From an uncultured Gemmatimonadales bacterium (GTDB lineage Bacteria; Gemmatimonadota; Gemmatimonadetes; Gemmatimonadales; GWC2-71-9), in the NCBI GenBank assembly GCA_963844035.1, contig CAWJMT010000005.1, forward strand, positions 128,001-192,000: a DNA stretch of 64,000 nucleotides, given 5' to 3'. The position numbers and the translations under genes are program-made. The notes beneath the pieces are model-generated. The model searched no databases, was not told the DNA's origin, and saw nothing but the letters and a program-made list of their open reading frames with translations. Of this stretch, positions 23,127-34,569 are shown piece after piece; the first letter of the stretch is position 1, and each line of letters opens with the position of its first letter.

Positions 23127-23145
23127 GTGCGGGGGAATATAGCTG

Positions 23146-23212
23146 GTCAGACGTCAGGCGTCAGCCATCGGCGTCAGTCGTGATCTGGCCGGCTGACGTG
23201 CTGACGTCTGAC
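23146..23212. repeat. (GTCAGRC)n heptamer palindromic element in lepA/rho divergent region
   Basis: gtcagac gtcaggc gtcagcc ... ggctgacgtgctgacgtctgac. Confidence 0.75.
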
Positions 23213-23240
23213 ATCTATCTTCCACACTCACCACTCTCTC

Positions 23241-24323
23241 ATGGCACCCATCACCGGCTGGTACGATTCCAACGCCAAAGGCGGCCAACTGCGCCTAGCG
23301 GAACACGGCTATCTCCCGATGCCCCGGGATCTCGCCGTTCGTTTGCCGGGCCTGCGGCGCGGGGACCGCGTGACGCTCGCTGACGGCCGCGTGACGGCGG
23401 TGAACGGCGGACCGCCCACCGCGCTCGCGGACCGCCCGGAGTTCGCGACGCTCGGCGCGGTGCACCCGTCCCGGCCGCTCTCCCTCGAAACCGCCCAGGC
23501 GTCGAGTCCGCGCTCCGCGGACATCCAGCGCGTCGTCGACCTCATCTGCCCGTTCGGATTCGGCCAGCGCGCCCTGATCGTCTCACCACCCAAGGCCGGC
23601 AAGACCGTCATGCTGCAGGCGGTCGCGGAAGGCGTCGCGCTCAACTATCCCGACGCCGAGCTGATCCTCTTGCTGGTGGACGAGCGCCCCGAAGAAGTGA
23701 GTGAGATGATGGACTGGGGGCGGGGCGAGGTGATCGCCTCGAGCTTCGATCTGCCGCACGAACGTCACGTGGCGGTCGCCGAGATGGTCTTCGACCACGC
23801 CCGGCGCCAGGTGGAGATCGGCAAGGACGTGGTCATCGTGCTCGACTCCCTGACCCGGCTGGCCCGCTCGCATAACACCGCCGGCAAGAGCAGCCGCCGC
23901 ACGCTGTCGGGCGGTCTCGACGCGAACGCGTTGGCCAAGCCGAAGACGCTGTTCGGCGCGGCGCGTGCGGTTCCCGACGGGGGGTCGCTCACCGTGATTG
24001 CGACCGCTCTCGTCGAAACGGAGAGCAGGATGGATGAAGTGATCTTCGAAGAGTTCAAAGGGACCGGCAATGCGGAGCTGCGGTTGGCACGCGCGCTGGC
24101 CGACCGGCGCATCTATCCGGCGGTGGACATCGCGGCGAGCGGCACCAGACGGGAGGAGCTGCTGGCGGACCCCGCGACGGTGGCGGCCCGGCAGGCGTTG
24201 CGACGGGGGCTGGTCGGACTTCCGGCGGAGCAGGCGATGGCAGCCCTCCTGGCCCAGCTGCGAAGGACGAAGACCAACGCCGAGCTACTGGGTCAGTTGG
24301 CGCCCTCGACGACTCGCTTGTAA
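23241..24323 (+). CDS. rho: Transcription termination factor Rho, short form with reduced N-terminal domain
   Basis: GQRALIVSPPKAGKT, DERPEEV, LDSLTRLAR, LSGGLD, EEFKGTGN, SGTRREELL. Confidence 0.9.
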   Translation: MAPITGWYDSNAKGGQLRLAEHGYLPMPRDLAVRLPGLRRGDRVTLADGRVTAVNGGPPTALADRPEFATLGAVHPSRPLSLETAQASSPRSADIQRVVDLICPFGFGQRALIVSPPKAGKTVMLQAVAEGVALNYPDAELILLLVDERPEEVSEMMDWGRGEVIASSFDLPHERHVAVAEMVFDHARRQVEIGKDVVIVLDSLTRLARSHNTAGKSSRRTLSGGLDANALAKPKTLFGAARAVPDGGSLTVIATALVETESRMDEVIFEEFKGTGNAELRLARALADRRIYPAVDIAASGTRREELLADPATVAARQALRRGLVGLPAEQAMAALLAQLRRTKTNAELLGQLAPSTTRL

Positions 24324-25838
24324 GCCGCAGGATCCCACCGCGGTCGCGCCGGCGCCGTCGCGATACTGAGCCCCACGTAGAACACCAGCCGCACGATCCG
24401 CGCCTCTTTCTCCGCGTCGATCTTCGAGACTTCGTCCGACACCATGTGATAATCCGGGTGGGTGCCGCTGAAGAAGAACAGGATCGGAACCCCGCGGCGC
24501 GCGAAATTGAAGTGATCGGACCGCCCATAGAAGTTCTCGTTCCGGCCAGATGTCCCCGATCGTCGTGAGCCCCAGCTCGGGATGCGCGGCGGCGACCCGG
24601 TCGAGCGTGGTACCGAGGTCGGATTGTTCCTTGCCGATCGCCGCGATCGTGTCCTTCCAGTTGCGCCCGACCATGTCGGTATTCAGATCGGCCACCACCG
24701 CACTGAGCGGGACGGTGGGGTGGGTAGTGAAGTACTCGCTGCCCCACAGGCCCTTCTCTTCGCCGCTCACGGTCATGAACACGAGCGAGCGCGCCGGACG
24801 AGGGACCAGCAGCGAGAACGCCTCGGCATTCTCGAGCACGGCGGCGGTTCCCGAGGCGTCGTCGTCCGCCCCGTTGCAGATCGAGTCCGCACCCCGGGCC
24901 CGGCAGGAGCCCCCCGACGCGACGCCGAGATGATCCATGTGGGCGGTGAAGAACACGTACTCGCTTTTCAGCTTCGGATCGCTCCCCTCGAGAATCCCGA
25001 TCACATTGGGCGCCGACGAGGTTGACAGGACCCGCTCCCGAACGCGGAACGTCGCGCTGATCCCATTCAAGGGCTGCGCCTCGCGCGCCGTCTTACGCAG
25101 CGCCGCCGCATCGATGCCGAACACACGCGCGGCGGCCTGGTCCCGGATCTCCACGAGTCCGGGAGCGGCGGAGTCTTCCCGGGACGGCTGTCCCAATGCC
25201 ACCGTGGGCGGGTAGCGGCTGCGCACCCGCGCTTGCCACTCGGCATCCGACAGGTCGGAGATGACGATGAGCCCGACGGCCCCGGCCGCGAACGCCGCCT
25301 GCACCGCCGGCACGTCGATACGCAGCCCCGGCCCGGCGCCGCTCGAGAGCGCCGCGACCCACGCGCCCCGAGCATCGAGGCCCGCGAGTGGCTCGGAAGG
25401 GCTGTTGGCGCGGGTGGGCAGCAGAATCACCGGACCGGTCAGGTCCCGCGGCGGCAGGGGAGTGCCAAGCTGTAGCACGTTCACATCCTGTCCCGCGGCG
25501 AGCGTGACAGGGGGTGCTCCGGCGCGCGTCACCGTGAAAGAGGTTTGGGCGATGTCGATCTGCTTGCGCACGATCGTGTACCGCTGCAGGAAGGTCCCGT
25601 CGCCGGCGCCGGGCTTCAGGCCGAAACGGCGGAATTCGGCGGCGATCCAGCTCGCCACCTTCTCGAGCTCCGGGCTCGGCGTGTCCCGGCCGCGCGTGGA
25701 GTCATCGGCGAGGATGGCGATGCGCCGCCGGACATCGTCGGCCGTGATGGAGTTCACAGCACGCGCGAGCGTCGCGGGCGTCTGGGCCGCGCTGACGCAA
25801 GGGTAGAACAGGAACCACAACGCTCTGAGCCGGGACAT
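24293..25838 (-). CDS. Secreted M28-family aminopeptidase; one frameshift near 24540
   Basis: TAHMDHLG, NGADDDASG, GEEKGLWGS, NTDMVGR, RSDHFNF, HPDYH. Confidence 0.9.
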
Positions 25839-25859
25839 GGATTCCACGGTCGGGGGAGA

Positions 25860-25901
25860 GAAACGTAACGCGCCCGGCCGCGTGCGACTACGACCGGGCG
25901 C
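25860..25901 (-). terminator. Probable intrinsic terminator after DUF4384-like gene
   Basis: gcgcccgg...ccgggcgc stem followed by a weak T-rich run on the minus strand. Confidence 0.4.
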
Positions 25902-25921
25902 CCTGCTCACCCGCCAGGCGG

Positions 25922-27067
25922 CTACGACGGCTTGCGGCGCCGGAGCTCCGGTTCGCTGCGCTTGCCGCCGTCTCTCTGTCCGCCGCGCGACGGCTCCGCC
26001 CGCGGGGGTCGCCTCGGCTGCGCCCGCTCCGTTGACGGCGAGCGGCGCGTCGGCGCTGCACCGCTGCGCTCCGGACGCCGCGACGTGGCGGGCGGGCCCG
26101 AACGCTCTTGGTCCGCTCGGGCTCTGACCACGGCGCACCGTGCGGTCCGGCGGACCCGCGCGGTTGCGTGACGCGTCGCGCTCGCCGGGGTCTCGGCCCT
26201 CGGGAAAGCCGGGCAGCCGGCGTGGCGTGACCGCCCGGGGAGGCGGCACGGTGCCGGGACTGCCGATGTCGCGCCCCCGCACACCCACATCGCGGCGCCG
26301 ATCGTCGTTCACCGGGCGCTCGCGGAATCCGGGTGAAAAAGGCATCGGCCGCGCCACGGTCCCTGAAAATGAAGCGGGGCTCGAGACGCTGCGGCCTCCG
26401 GATGACGGCTCTCGTTCCCCCGTACCAGCGGTACGGGTAGTAGTAAGGATCGTCGAACACGACGACCCGGAACCGCACGCACGTGTAGTCGTACGGGTTC
26501 CAGGTCCGGAATCCGGCGTAGGCATGACAGTCGAAACAAAGGAAGCGCGGATAGTCGTAATGCCGCTGCACGTGATACGGGGCGATGTCGTAGTCCCAGT
26601 CCTGGCTGCCTTCCGGGACGATGCGCGCCGCGAGCTCGGTGAGTGCGGCGTAGGGGTCGCCACGGATCCGGCCGCCGTCAGCGACCAACTCGTAGTTCCA
26701 GCGCTGCTCGCTCTCGATCGGATCGTAGATGAACGGTTCGGCGGCGACGACCGCGAACAGGTATCCCAGCCCGGGGTAGGCGTCGGCACGAAAGCCCGAA
26801 AACCCCCAGGCATCCCGCACCTCGTAGACGCGCCCGCCGCGCGCGAGGTTGTCCTCCCACGGCTCGCGCGGGAACAGGACGCGCACGCGACCGTCCGTGT
26901 CGACCCGCAGCACGGTGACGTAGCCGTCCTGCTCGGTTTGGAACATGACCCGGACGGCCTCGCCCGATGGATACGGATCCTCGCCCCGATTGGTCCAGAC
27001 TGAGACTCTGTGGGGGATGTGGGGCCGCCATCGTGAGGGCGGTGAGTAGAGCGAGGTGTGTGAACAT
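25922..27067 (-). CDS. Secreted DUF4384-like protein with Arg/Pro-rich tail; frameshifted
   Basis: Signal MFTHLALLTALTMAA; GYVTVLRVDTDGRVRVLFP; CFDCH; low-complexity C-terminus ending PELRRRKPS. Confidence 0.7.
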
Positions 27068-27087
27068 GGGACGTCCCGTCCAAGAGA

Positions 27088-27132
27088 GGCAGGTCGCGTG
27101 CCACGTCTTGAGCGTCGCGCGCTGCGTGCCAA
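27088..27132 (-). promoter_or_regulatory. Two tandem sigma54-like -24/-12 elements
   Basis: Minus strand TGGCACG-N4-GCGC and TGGCACG-N4-CTGC, each with GG-N10-GC spacing. Confidence 0.4.
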
Positions 27133-27233
27133 CCTTCAATCCGGCAGTCAGTTAGACCTTTGACGGCAGCGGGCCTTGCACTCCCGTGTCCTCTACCGGC
27201 GACAAGCTGTCGGCCATTAGGTTCCCCCCTGGC

Positions 27234-28116
27234 ATGCCAGCTACGCGTATCGATCTGCTCGATCCTGCCGAAGTCGCCCTGCTCGGCGGAATCGAGATCG
27301 GGGCTTTGGGGGTGGTCGAAGGCTTCCTCGCGGGAATCCACCGCTCACCGTTTCGCGGCTTTTCGGCGGAGTTCACGGAACACCGGGCGTATCAGCCGGG
27401 CGACGAGCTCCGCTACCTCGACTGGAAGATTCTCGCGCGGTCCGATCGACTGTTCGTGAAGCAATTCCAGGAGGAAACCAATCTCCGCGCGGTCATCCTC
27501 CTCGATGCGAGCCGGTCGATGGCGTGGCGCGGCGCGCCCAATCGCCTCACCAAGCGCGCGTACGCTGATCGACTGGCGGCCGCGCTGGCGCTGATCCTCC
27601 TGCGGCAACGCGATGCGACGGGGCTCGTCACGTTCGATGAGGTCGTGCGCCAGGTGGTGCCCGCCGCGCGTTCGGACCGGGCACTGGGCCCGGCTGGTTC
27701 GAGCGCTGCTCGAGACGCCGGACGGGCAGGGGACCGCCGCCGAGACCGCCCTGCGTCAGGTCACGTCGCTGCTGGCACGCCGCGGTCTGGTCGTCCTCAT
27801 CTCCGACTTGCTCCTCGACCGCCAGCAGGCGTTGACGGCGCTGCGGTACCTGCGTCACCGCGGGCACCAGGTCGTTGTGGTTCACCTGATGGATCCGGCT
27901 GAGATGGAGCTGACCGGCCCGCCGGAGGTGCGATACCGCGATCCGGAAACCGCGGCGAGCGTGGTCGTGCGCCCCCGCGAGCTGGCCCGCGCCTACGCCG
28001 CGACCGTCGCGCGCGAGATCACGGCGTGGCGAACTGCCTGCCGCCGCCACGGGATCGCGTACCATCACGTCCTGTCCGACGTGCCGTTCGGCATGGCGTT
28101 GCGGCTGCTCGCGTGA
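27234..28116 (+). CDS. DUF58 (vWA-like) protein; one frameshift
   Basis: GIHRSPFRGFSAEFTEHRAYQPGD, DWK, LDASRSM, LISD. Confidence 0.88.
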
Positions 28117-29826
28117 CGTTCCTGAATCCCCTGGCATTGCTGGGACTCGTTGTCGCCGCGCTGCCGGCGCTGCTGCATCTGTTCGAGCGACGCACCCCGC
28201 CCGACGCCGAGTTTCCACCGCTGCGCTTTCTGACCGAAGCAGAGCGGCGGAGCGCGCGGCGGCTCGAGACTGCAGCACCTGCTTCTCCTTCTATTGCGCA
28301 CGGCGTTGCTCGGGCTTGTGGTGCTGGCGGCCGCCAGGCCGGTGGTGCCGGTCCGTGCGAGCGACGCGCACGAGCCCACCGCGCTGGTGGTCATCCTCGA
28401 CAACTCACTCTCGTCGGGGGTGGTCCAGGACGGCCGGCCGGCGTTCGAACGCCTGCGGGCGATCGCGCGGGGATCGGTCGCCGCGGCCGCCGCCGGGGAC
28501 CGGCTCTGGTTGCTCCTGGCCGACGGCGTCGCGCGGGAGGGCTCGAGGCCCGCCCTGCTCGCGAGCATTGACGAGGCCGCCGTGCTGCCGCGGCGCCTCG
28601 ACCTCGTGGAGGCGCTCCGCACCGCGACTCGCATCGTCGAGGGACAATCCTTAAAGGCGCGGGAGATCCACATCGTCAGCGATCTTCAGCGCAGCGCACT
28701 CGGGAGCGGTCGCGTGGCCGTCCCCGCGGGTGTGCGCGTGCTCGCGCTGGCGCCACTCGCGGTGCCGTCGCCCAATCGCGGACTCGGTCTGATTCGCGCC
28801 GACGATGGCGCGGTGTCGGTCCCGCTCGTCGGAACGCCGGGTGCGCGGCCCGGTGCGATCACGGTGCAGATGAGAGGAAAGGCGGTCGGGCGAGCAATCG
28901 CTGCTCCGCCGTCCGGCGTCTCAGTCCCCCTGCCGCCGCTCGGTCCCGGCTGGTGGGTGGGTGAGGCGATGCTCGAGCCTGACGAGCTCCGGGCGGACGA
29001 TCGCCGGCTGTTCGTTTGGCACAGTGCCCCTCCGGCACGCGTGACGACTGCTCCCGACGCCGGTCCGTTCGTCACCGCTGCAGTTGCCGTGCTGCGGGAT
29101 GCCAGGCGCGTGGCGGCCGGGAACGAGATCACGATTGGCGGTCGCCCGCAGGGTGGCGGCGGCGTCACCGTCGTGTTCCCGCCCGCCGATCGAGCGACGG
29201 TGGGTGAAGTGAATCGCGCGCTCTTGGCCAGGGGAGGCAGGTGGCAGTACGGTGCTCCAGGCACGCCGGGGCCGATTGCGGCGCCCGAGCTGGGCCGGGT
29301 CAGCGGTGCTCTCGTCTCGCAACGCCACCGTCTTGTAATCGGGACGGCGACCGGGGACCGCGAAACCGGACTCGACAGTGCGGTGGTGGCGACCGTGAAT
29401 GGAGAACCGTGGCTGGTGCGGGACGGTGGCGTCGTGTTGGTGGGGAGCCGGCTCGACACGGCGTGGACCGCACTCCCGCGCGTGGCGGAGTTCGTCCCGT
29501 TCATCGACGCGCTGATCAACCGGGTCGCGCGCGGTGCGCGCGCGGTGCGCGCAGCAGAGGGTGAGCCCCGCGTTGTGTTCGACATCCGGGGTGCCGACAC
29601 GGTGGGTGCCACCGTGTACGGCCCCGACCCCAGAGAATCGGACCTGACCCCGGCCGGGGACGATGTCGTGCGGGGCGCCCTCGGCGCTCAGCCGATCGCC
29701 GAGGCGCGCTTTGCCGCTGCGCGGTTCTCCGGAACCCGGCGCGCCGAAGCCACCAGCTGGTTCCTTGCACTCGCGCTGCTGGTGGCGCTCGTCGAGCTGG
29801 GACTCGCTACCCGCACGAGCGGATGA
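28113..29826 (+). CDS. BatA/vWA domain membrane protein; frameshift near 28265
   Basis: TFLNPLALLGL..LPALLHL, FPPLRFL, LAAARP, LDNSLS, VSDLQ, C-terminal TM. Confidence 0.8.
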
Positions 29827-32800
29827 CGCTCGACTTCCTGCTCGACCGCTTCGACGAGTTGCCGGCTACGCGCGCCCTCGCCGAGCAGCTCCCCGCGCGA
29901 GGCGTTCGTCTCGCGATCGGCGGCCTTCCCGGATCGAGTCCCGTCGTACTCGCCGCGACCCTCGTCCGGCGGCTGCCTCAGCGCGTGCTCGTTGTCGTCA
30001 CGCCGACACCCACCGATGCGGAGCGGTGGCTGGCCGATGCCCAGGCGTTGCTCGGGCCGGTCGCGGCGCTGTATCCCCAACGGGAAGGATTGGGAGCGGA
30101 GGAGCCGCACCTCGAGATCGCGGGCGAGCGGATCGAGACCGTCGAAACCCTGTTGTCCGGGGCGGTGCGGGTGCTGGTGACGACCGCGCGCGCGAGCGCG
30201 GAGCGCACCGGCGTGCCCACGGCGCTGCGGTCGAAGCGCCTCGACCTGGTGGTGGGCCGGGTAACGGACGTTGGGGATGGGAACTCGCTGAGCGACGTCG
30301 TGCGCCGTCTGGGTGAGATGGGGTACGCGCGTGTGCCGACCGTGACCGAGGTGGGGCAGTTCAGCGTGCACGGCGGCATCATCGACGCATACGGTTTCGG
30401 CATGGCCGCTCCCGCCCGGCTGGAGTGGTGGGGCGATGAGATCGTGTCGCTGCGGAGCTTCGATCTTGATTCGCAGCGCTCGGGGGACGGCGTCGAGCGG
30501 GTCACGATTCTCCCGGTGAAGACCGAAGCCGCAGGGCGGGCGGGGTCACCGGGCGACGGCGCCGTGCGGTCGTCGCTGCTTCAGCTCCTGCCGCCCGACA
30601 CGCTGTTGCTCTTCGATGGAGAGTCGGCGATCGAGCGGGAGGTCGCGCGCGCGTGGGAGGAGGCGGCGCATCATCTCGAGGTGGCACGCCGGCTCGGAGA
30701 GGAGGCTCCCGGGCGTGAGGCGTTGTGGCTCGACCCGAAGGAGTGGCGGGCACAGGCTCACGGGTTTGGGCTGCTCGTGTTGGATGAGGGCGGGGCGACG
30801 GCGCGGTTCCCCATCTTGCCCCCGGACGCGGTAGATCGCGACCTCAAGCGCCTGCGGCAGGTGGTGGCGACCGACCCACCAACGGTGATCTTGTGCGACA
30901 ACAACGGCCAGCTCGAGCGGTTGGAGGAGCTCATCGGACCGGAGCGCGCGCGCCTCGCCGTGGGGGCGCTGGACGGCGGGTTCGTACTCCCCTCGCTCCG
31001 GCTCCTGACGGACCACGAGATCTTCCGGCGCGCGCGCCGGCTGCGCCGGCCGCGGCGCTACCGCACCGCCGCTTCACGCGCTGCCGCCAGGCCCCTGTCG
31101 GTGGGGGACTATGTGGTGCACCTCGAGCATGGCATTGGGATCTACCGCGGCCTCCAGACGATCGTGGTCGGGGAAGGGGAGCTCGAGGTGGCGGTCGTCG
31201 AGTACGAAGGGGGCGCGCGTCTCAATGTGCCGCTGTATCGACTCGACCAGCTCGAGCCCTATCGCGCGGCCGGGGACGGCGACGCGCCGCCCCCGCGCCT
31301 CCACCGTCTGGGGTCCACGACGTGGCAGCGCCAGCGAGACAAGACGCGCGCCGCCATCCGCGAGATGGCCACGGAGCTGCTCGATCTGTACGCGCGACGC
31401 GGACTCGCGGCCGGCTTTGCCTTCCTCCCCGACACACCCTGGCAGCGCGCGCTCGAGTCGGCGTTCCTGTACGAGGACACGCCGGACCAGCGGCGCGCCA
31501 CGGACGAGGTGAAGCGCGACATGGAGCGCGCCCGGCCGATGGACCGCCTGCTGGTCGGGGACGTCGGATACGGCAAGACCGAGGTGGCGGTGCGGGCCGC
31601 GTTCAAGGCGGTGCAGTCGGGCAAGCAAGTCGCCGTGCTGGTCCCGACGACCATCCTGGCCGAGCAGCATGGCCGCACGTTCCGGGAGCGGCTCGCGGAC
31701 TATCCCGGTCCGGATCGAAGTGTTGTCGCGTTTCCGCAGTCCCGCCGACACGCGCCGGACGCTGGCGCAGCTGGCCGGCGGCGAGGTCGACGTGATCATC
31801 GGGACGCATCGCCTGCTGTCGCGTGACGCCACGTTTCACGATCTCGGCCTGCTGATCGTGGACGAGGAGCACCGCTTCGGCGTGCGGCACAAGGAGCGCC
31901 TGAAGGCGCTGAAGCTCGCGGTCGACGTGCTGACGCTCACCGCGACGCCGATTCCCCGGACGCTGCACCTCTCGCTTGCCGGGTTGCGGGACCTCACGCT
32001 GCTCGAGACGGCGCCCAAGGACCGGTCGCCGGTGCTCACGTTCATCGAGCCCTGGGACGACGCGTTGCTGGAGGAGGCGCTGGCGCGCGAGCTCGATCGC
32101 GGGGGTCAGGTGTATTTCGTGCACAACCGGATCGAAACGATCGCGACGATCGCACAGCGTGTGGCGGCGTTGGCGCCGCCCCGCGCGCGTACCGCGGTCG
32201 CGCATGGGCAGCTCAAGGAGGACGAGCTGGACGACGTGATGTCCCGGTTTGTGCGCGGCGAAGTGGACATCCTCGTGTCTACGATGATCGTGGAGTCCGG
32301 GCTCGACGTCCCCAATGCCAACACGATGGTGGTGGACCGGGCGGACCAGTTTGGCCTGGCGCAGCTGTACCAGCTGCGCGGGCGCGTGGGGCGCAGCCAC
32401 CGGCGGGCGTACTGCTATCTGCTCGCGCCCGATCTCATTGATCCGGATGCGGAGGAGCGGCTCCGCGTGTTGGAGCACCACACCGACCTGGGCTCAGGAT
32501 ACCGCATCGCCCTGCGCGATCTCGAGCTGCGCGGCGCGGGCAACTTGCTCGGCGGCGAGCAGTCGGGTCACGCGCAGGCGGTCGGTTTCGACACCTACCT
32601 GCGGTGGCTCGAGGAGACGGTGCGCGCGCTCAAGCGCGAGGGCGATCGCGCGCCGGCGAAGAGCGAGCCGCCGGATGTGACGCTCGATCAGCCGGCGTAC
32701 CTCCCGGACGATTACGTCGGTGACGATGCGGCGAAGCTCGATCTCTACCGGCGGCTGGCGCGGGCCGACCAAGGGTGCGAGATTCAGGCGGTGCGCGAGG

Positions 32801-33114
32801 AGTTACGCGATCGTTTCGGCCCGGTTCCGGCCGAGGCGGAGTGCCTGCTCCTCGTATCCGAGCTCCGCGCGCTTGGCGCCCAGGTGGGACTGGCGACGGT
32901 CCTGATCAAGGGCGACGAGGCGCGGCTTACGTTTCGGGGTGGTGCACAGCCGCGGCTGGCGGGGCTCACCGCCGCGCTCGACGCGGTGCAGTTCGAGGCG
33001 GAGGTACGCCGGGCGATGCCGTTGTCCCTGCGGCTGCGCCGGCTGGGGGGAGAGGCGGTCGGGCCCGGACTGGTACGCGCCTTGACTGCCGTTCAGCAGG
33101 AAGACCGATCTTAG
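29823..33114 (+). CDS. mfd: Transcription-repair coupling factor; frameshift near 31705
   Basis: GDYVVHLEHGIG, DRLLVGDVGYGKTEVA, DEEHRFGV, TATPIPRTL, QLRGRVGRS, RGAGNLLG. Confidence 0.95.
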
Positions 33115-33121
33115 GAGACGG

Positions 33122-34568
33122 ATGCGACAACTGGGTTGCGCGCTGTTGATGCTGGCGCTCGCGGGGTGTGGCGCGCTGCGCGATGCCTTCTCGGCGCATG
33201 AACGTATCGTCGCTTCGTCCGCAGGACAGGATCTCACGGTAGAACAGCTCGCCGACTGGGTGATCCACGCGAAGAAGATTCAGCCGAGGCCGGAGACGTT
33301 CACGGCAGTCGCGACGCTGTACGTCGACTACATGGTCTACGCCGTGCAGCTTGCCAAGGGCACGGACATGTATGACTCCCTTCTCGTGCTCAAGGCCAAC
33401 TGGCCGCTGGCGTCGCAGCTCAAGTGGGATCAGTTTCACGAGCAGCTGCTGGCGACGCGCTCGGCGATCACGCCGGCGCAGGTGGATTCTGCCTACCAGG
33501 CGGGTACCATGCGCCTGTTCCAGCACATTCTCCTGCAGGTGCCCGCCGGCGCGGCACCCACGGTCCTCGATCAGAAACGCGCCGAGCTGGAGCGGGTGCT
33601 GCGGCAGGCGAAGGCGAAGCAGGGGAGCAATTTTGCGGCGCTGGCCAAGCTCCATTCCGACGATCCCGGGTCGAGGGCGGAGGGCGGGTACCTCCCGGCC
33701 TCGGGGAAGGGGCAGTTCGTGGTGCCGTTCGAAAACGCTGCCTGGGAGCTGCAGCCGGGGGGAATGAGCGGTGTGGTCCGCTCGCCGTTCGGCTTTCATA
33801 TCATCCGCCGGCCGCCGCTCGAGCGAGGTGCGGGAGCACTTCGGTGCCACCCTGGCCCAGCTGGCGGTGCAGCATTTCGACTCGATCTACGTGGACAGTC
33901 TCGCCGCACAGCGAAATGTGAAGGTCAAGGATGGGGCCCCCGCCCTGGTGCGCCAGGTGTTCCTCGACCTGGAGGGGGGCCGGAGGAACACCCGGACGCT
34001 CGTGACGTACAAAGGCGGGGCATTCCGGGTGAAGGATTTCGTGCGTTGGCTCTTTGCGCTCAATCCGGAGGAAGTACGGAGTCTCCCCAAGGCGAGCGAC
34101 GAGCAGCTGCGCAAGTTTCTCTTCGTGGCCACTCAGCGGGACCTGTTGCTCAAGCACGTGGACTCTTCCGGTGTGCAGCTCAGCGCCGACGACTGGAAAC
34201 AGATCCGCACCAGCCATGATTCCTCATTGTCGATTCTCAACGGCCAGCTCGGGATCTCCGCGAGCATGCTCACCGACTCCGGGCCCACGGTCGAGGCGCG
34301 CGTGCGGGTGGCGGCGGATCACGTGAAGGCCTATCTCGGTCGGCTGCTCAGCGGTGACGCGCGGTTTTTCCCCGTGCCGCCGTTCCTGGCCGTCAGCCTG
34401 CGGGAGAAGGAAACGTGGACTATCAATGCGGCGGGCGTGAGTGAGGCAGTCGATCGCGCCAAGGCGCAGCGCGCCTCACAGGACTCCCAGCAGCCGGGCG
34501 GCATGCGGCCCGCGCCCGGGCCTGCGCCGATCCCGCTCGATACGACCCCTCGTCGGACGATTCGCTGA
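33122..34568 (+). CDS. Parvulin-type peptidyl-prolyl isomerase lipoprotein; frameshift near 33825
   Basis: LAGC lipobox, HILL, SDDPGS..GGYL, SPFGFHII. Confidence 0.85.
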
Positions 34569-34569
34569 C

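Noticed and set aside
24285..27341. 1018-aa ORF as a large novel protein
   Set aside because: Chimera of off-frame DUF4384 region and the M28 peptidase, caused by high GC and indels.
27234..29826. DUF58-BatA without adjacent MoxR ATPase
   Set aside because: MoxR is often encoded elsewhere; cannot be judged from one window.
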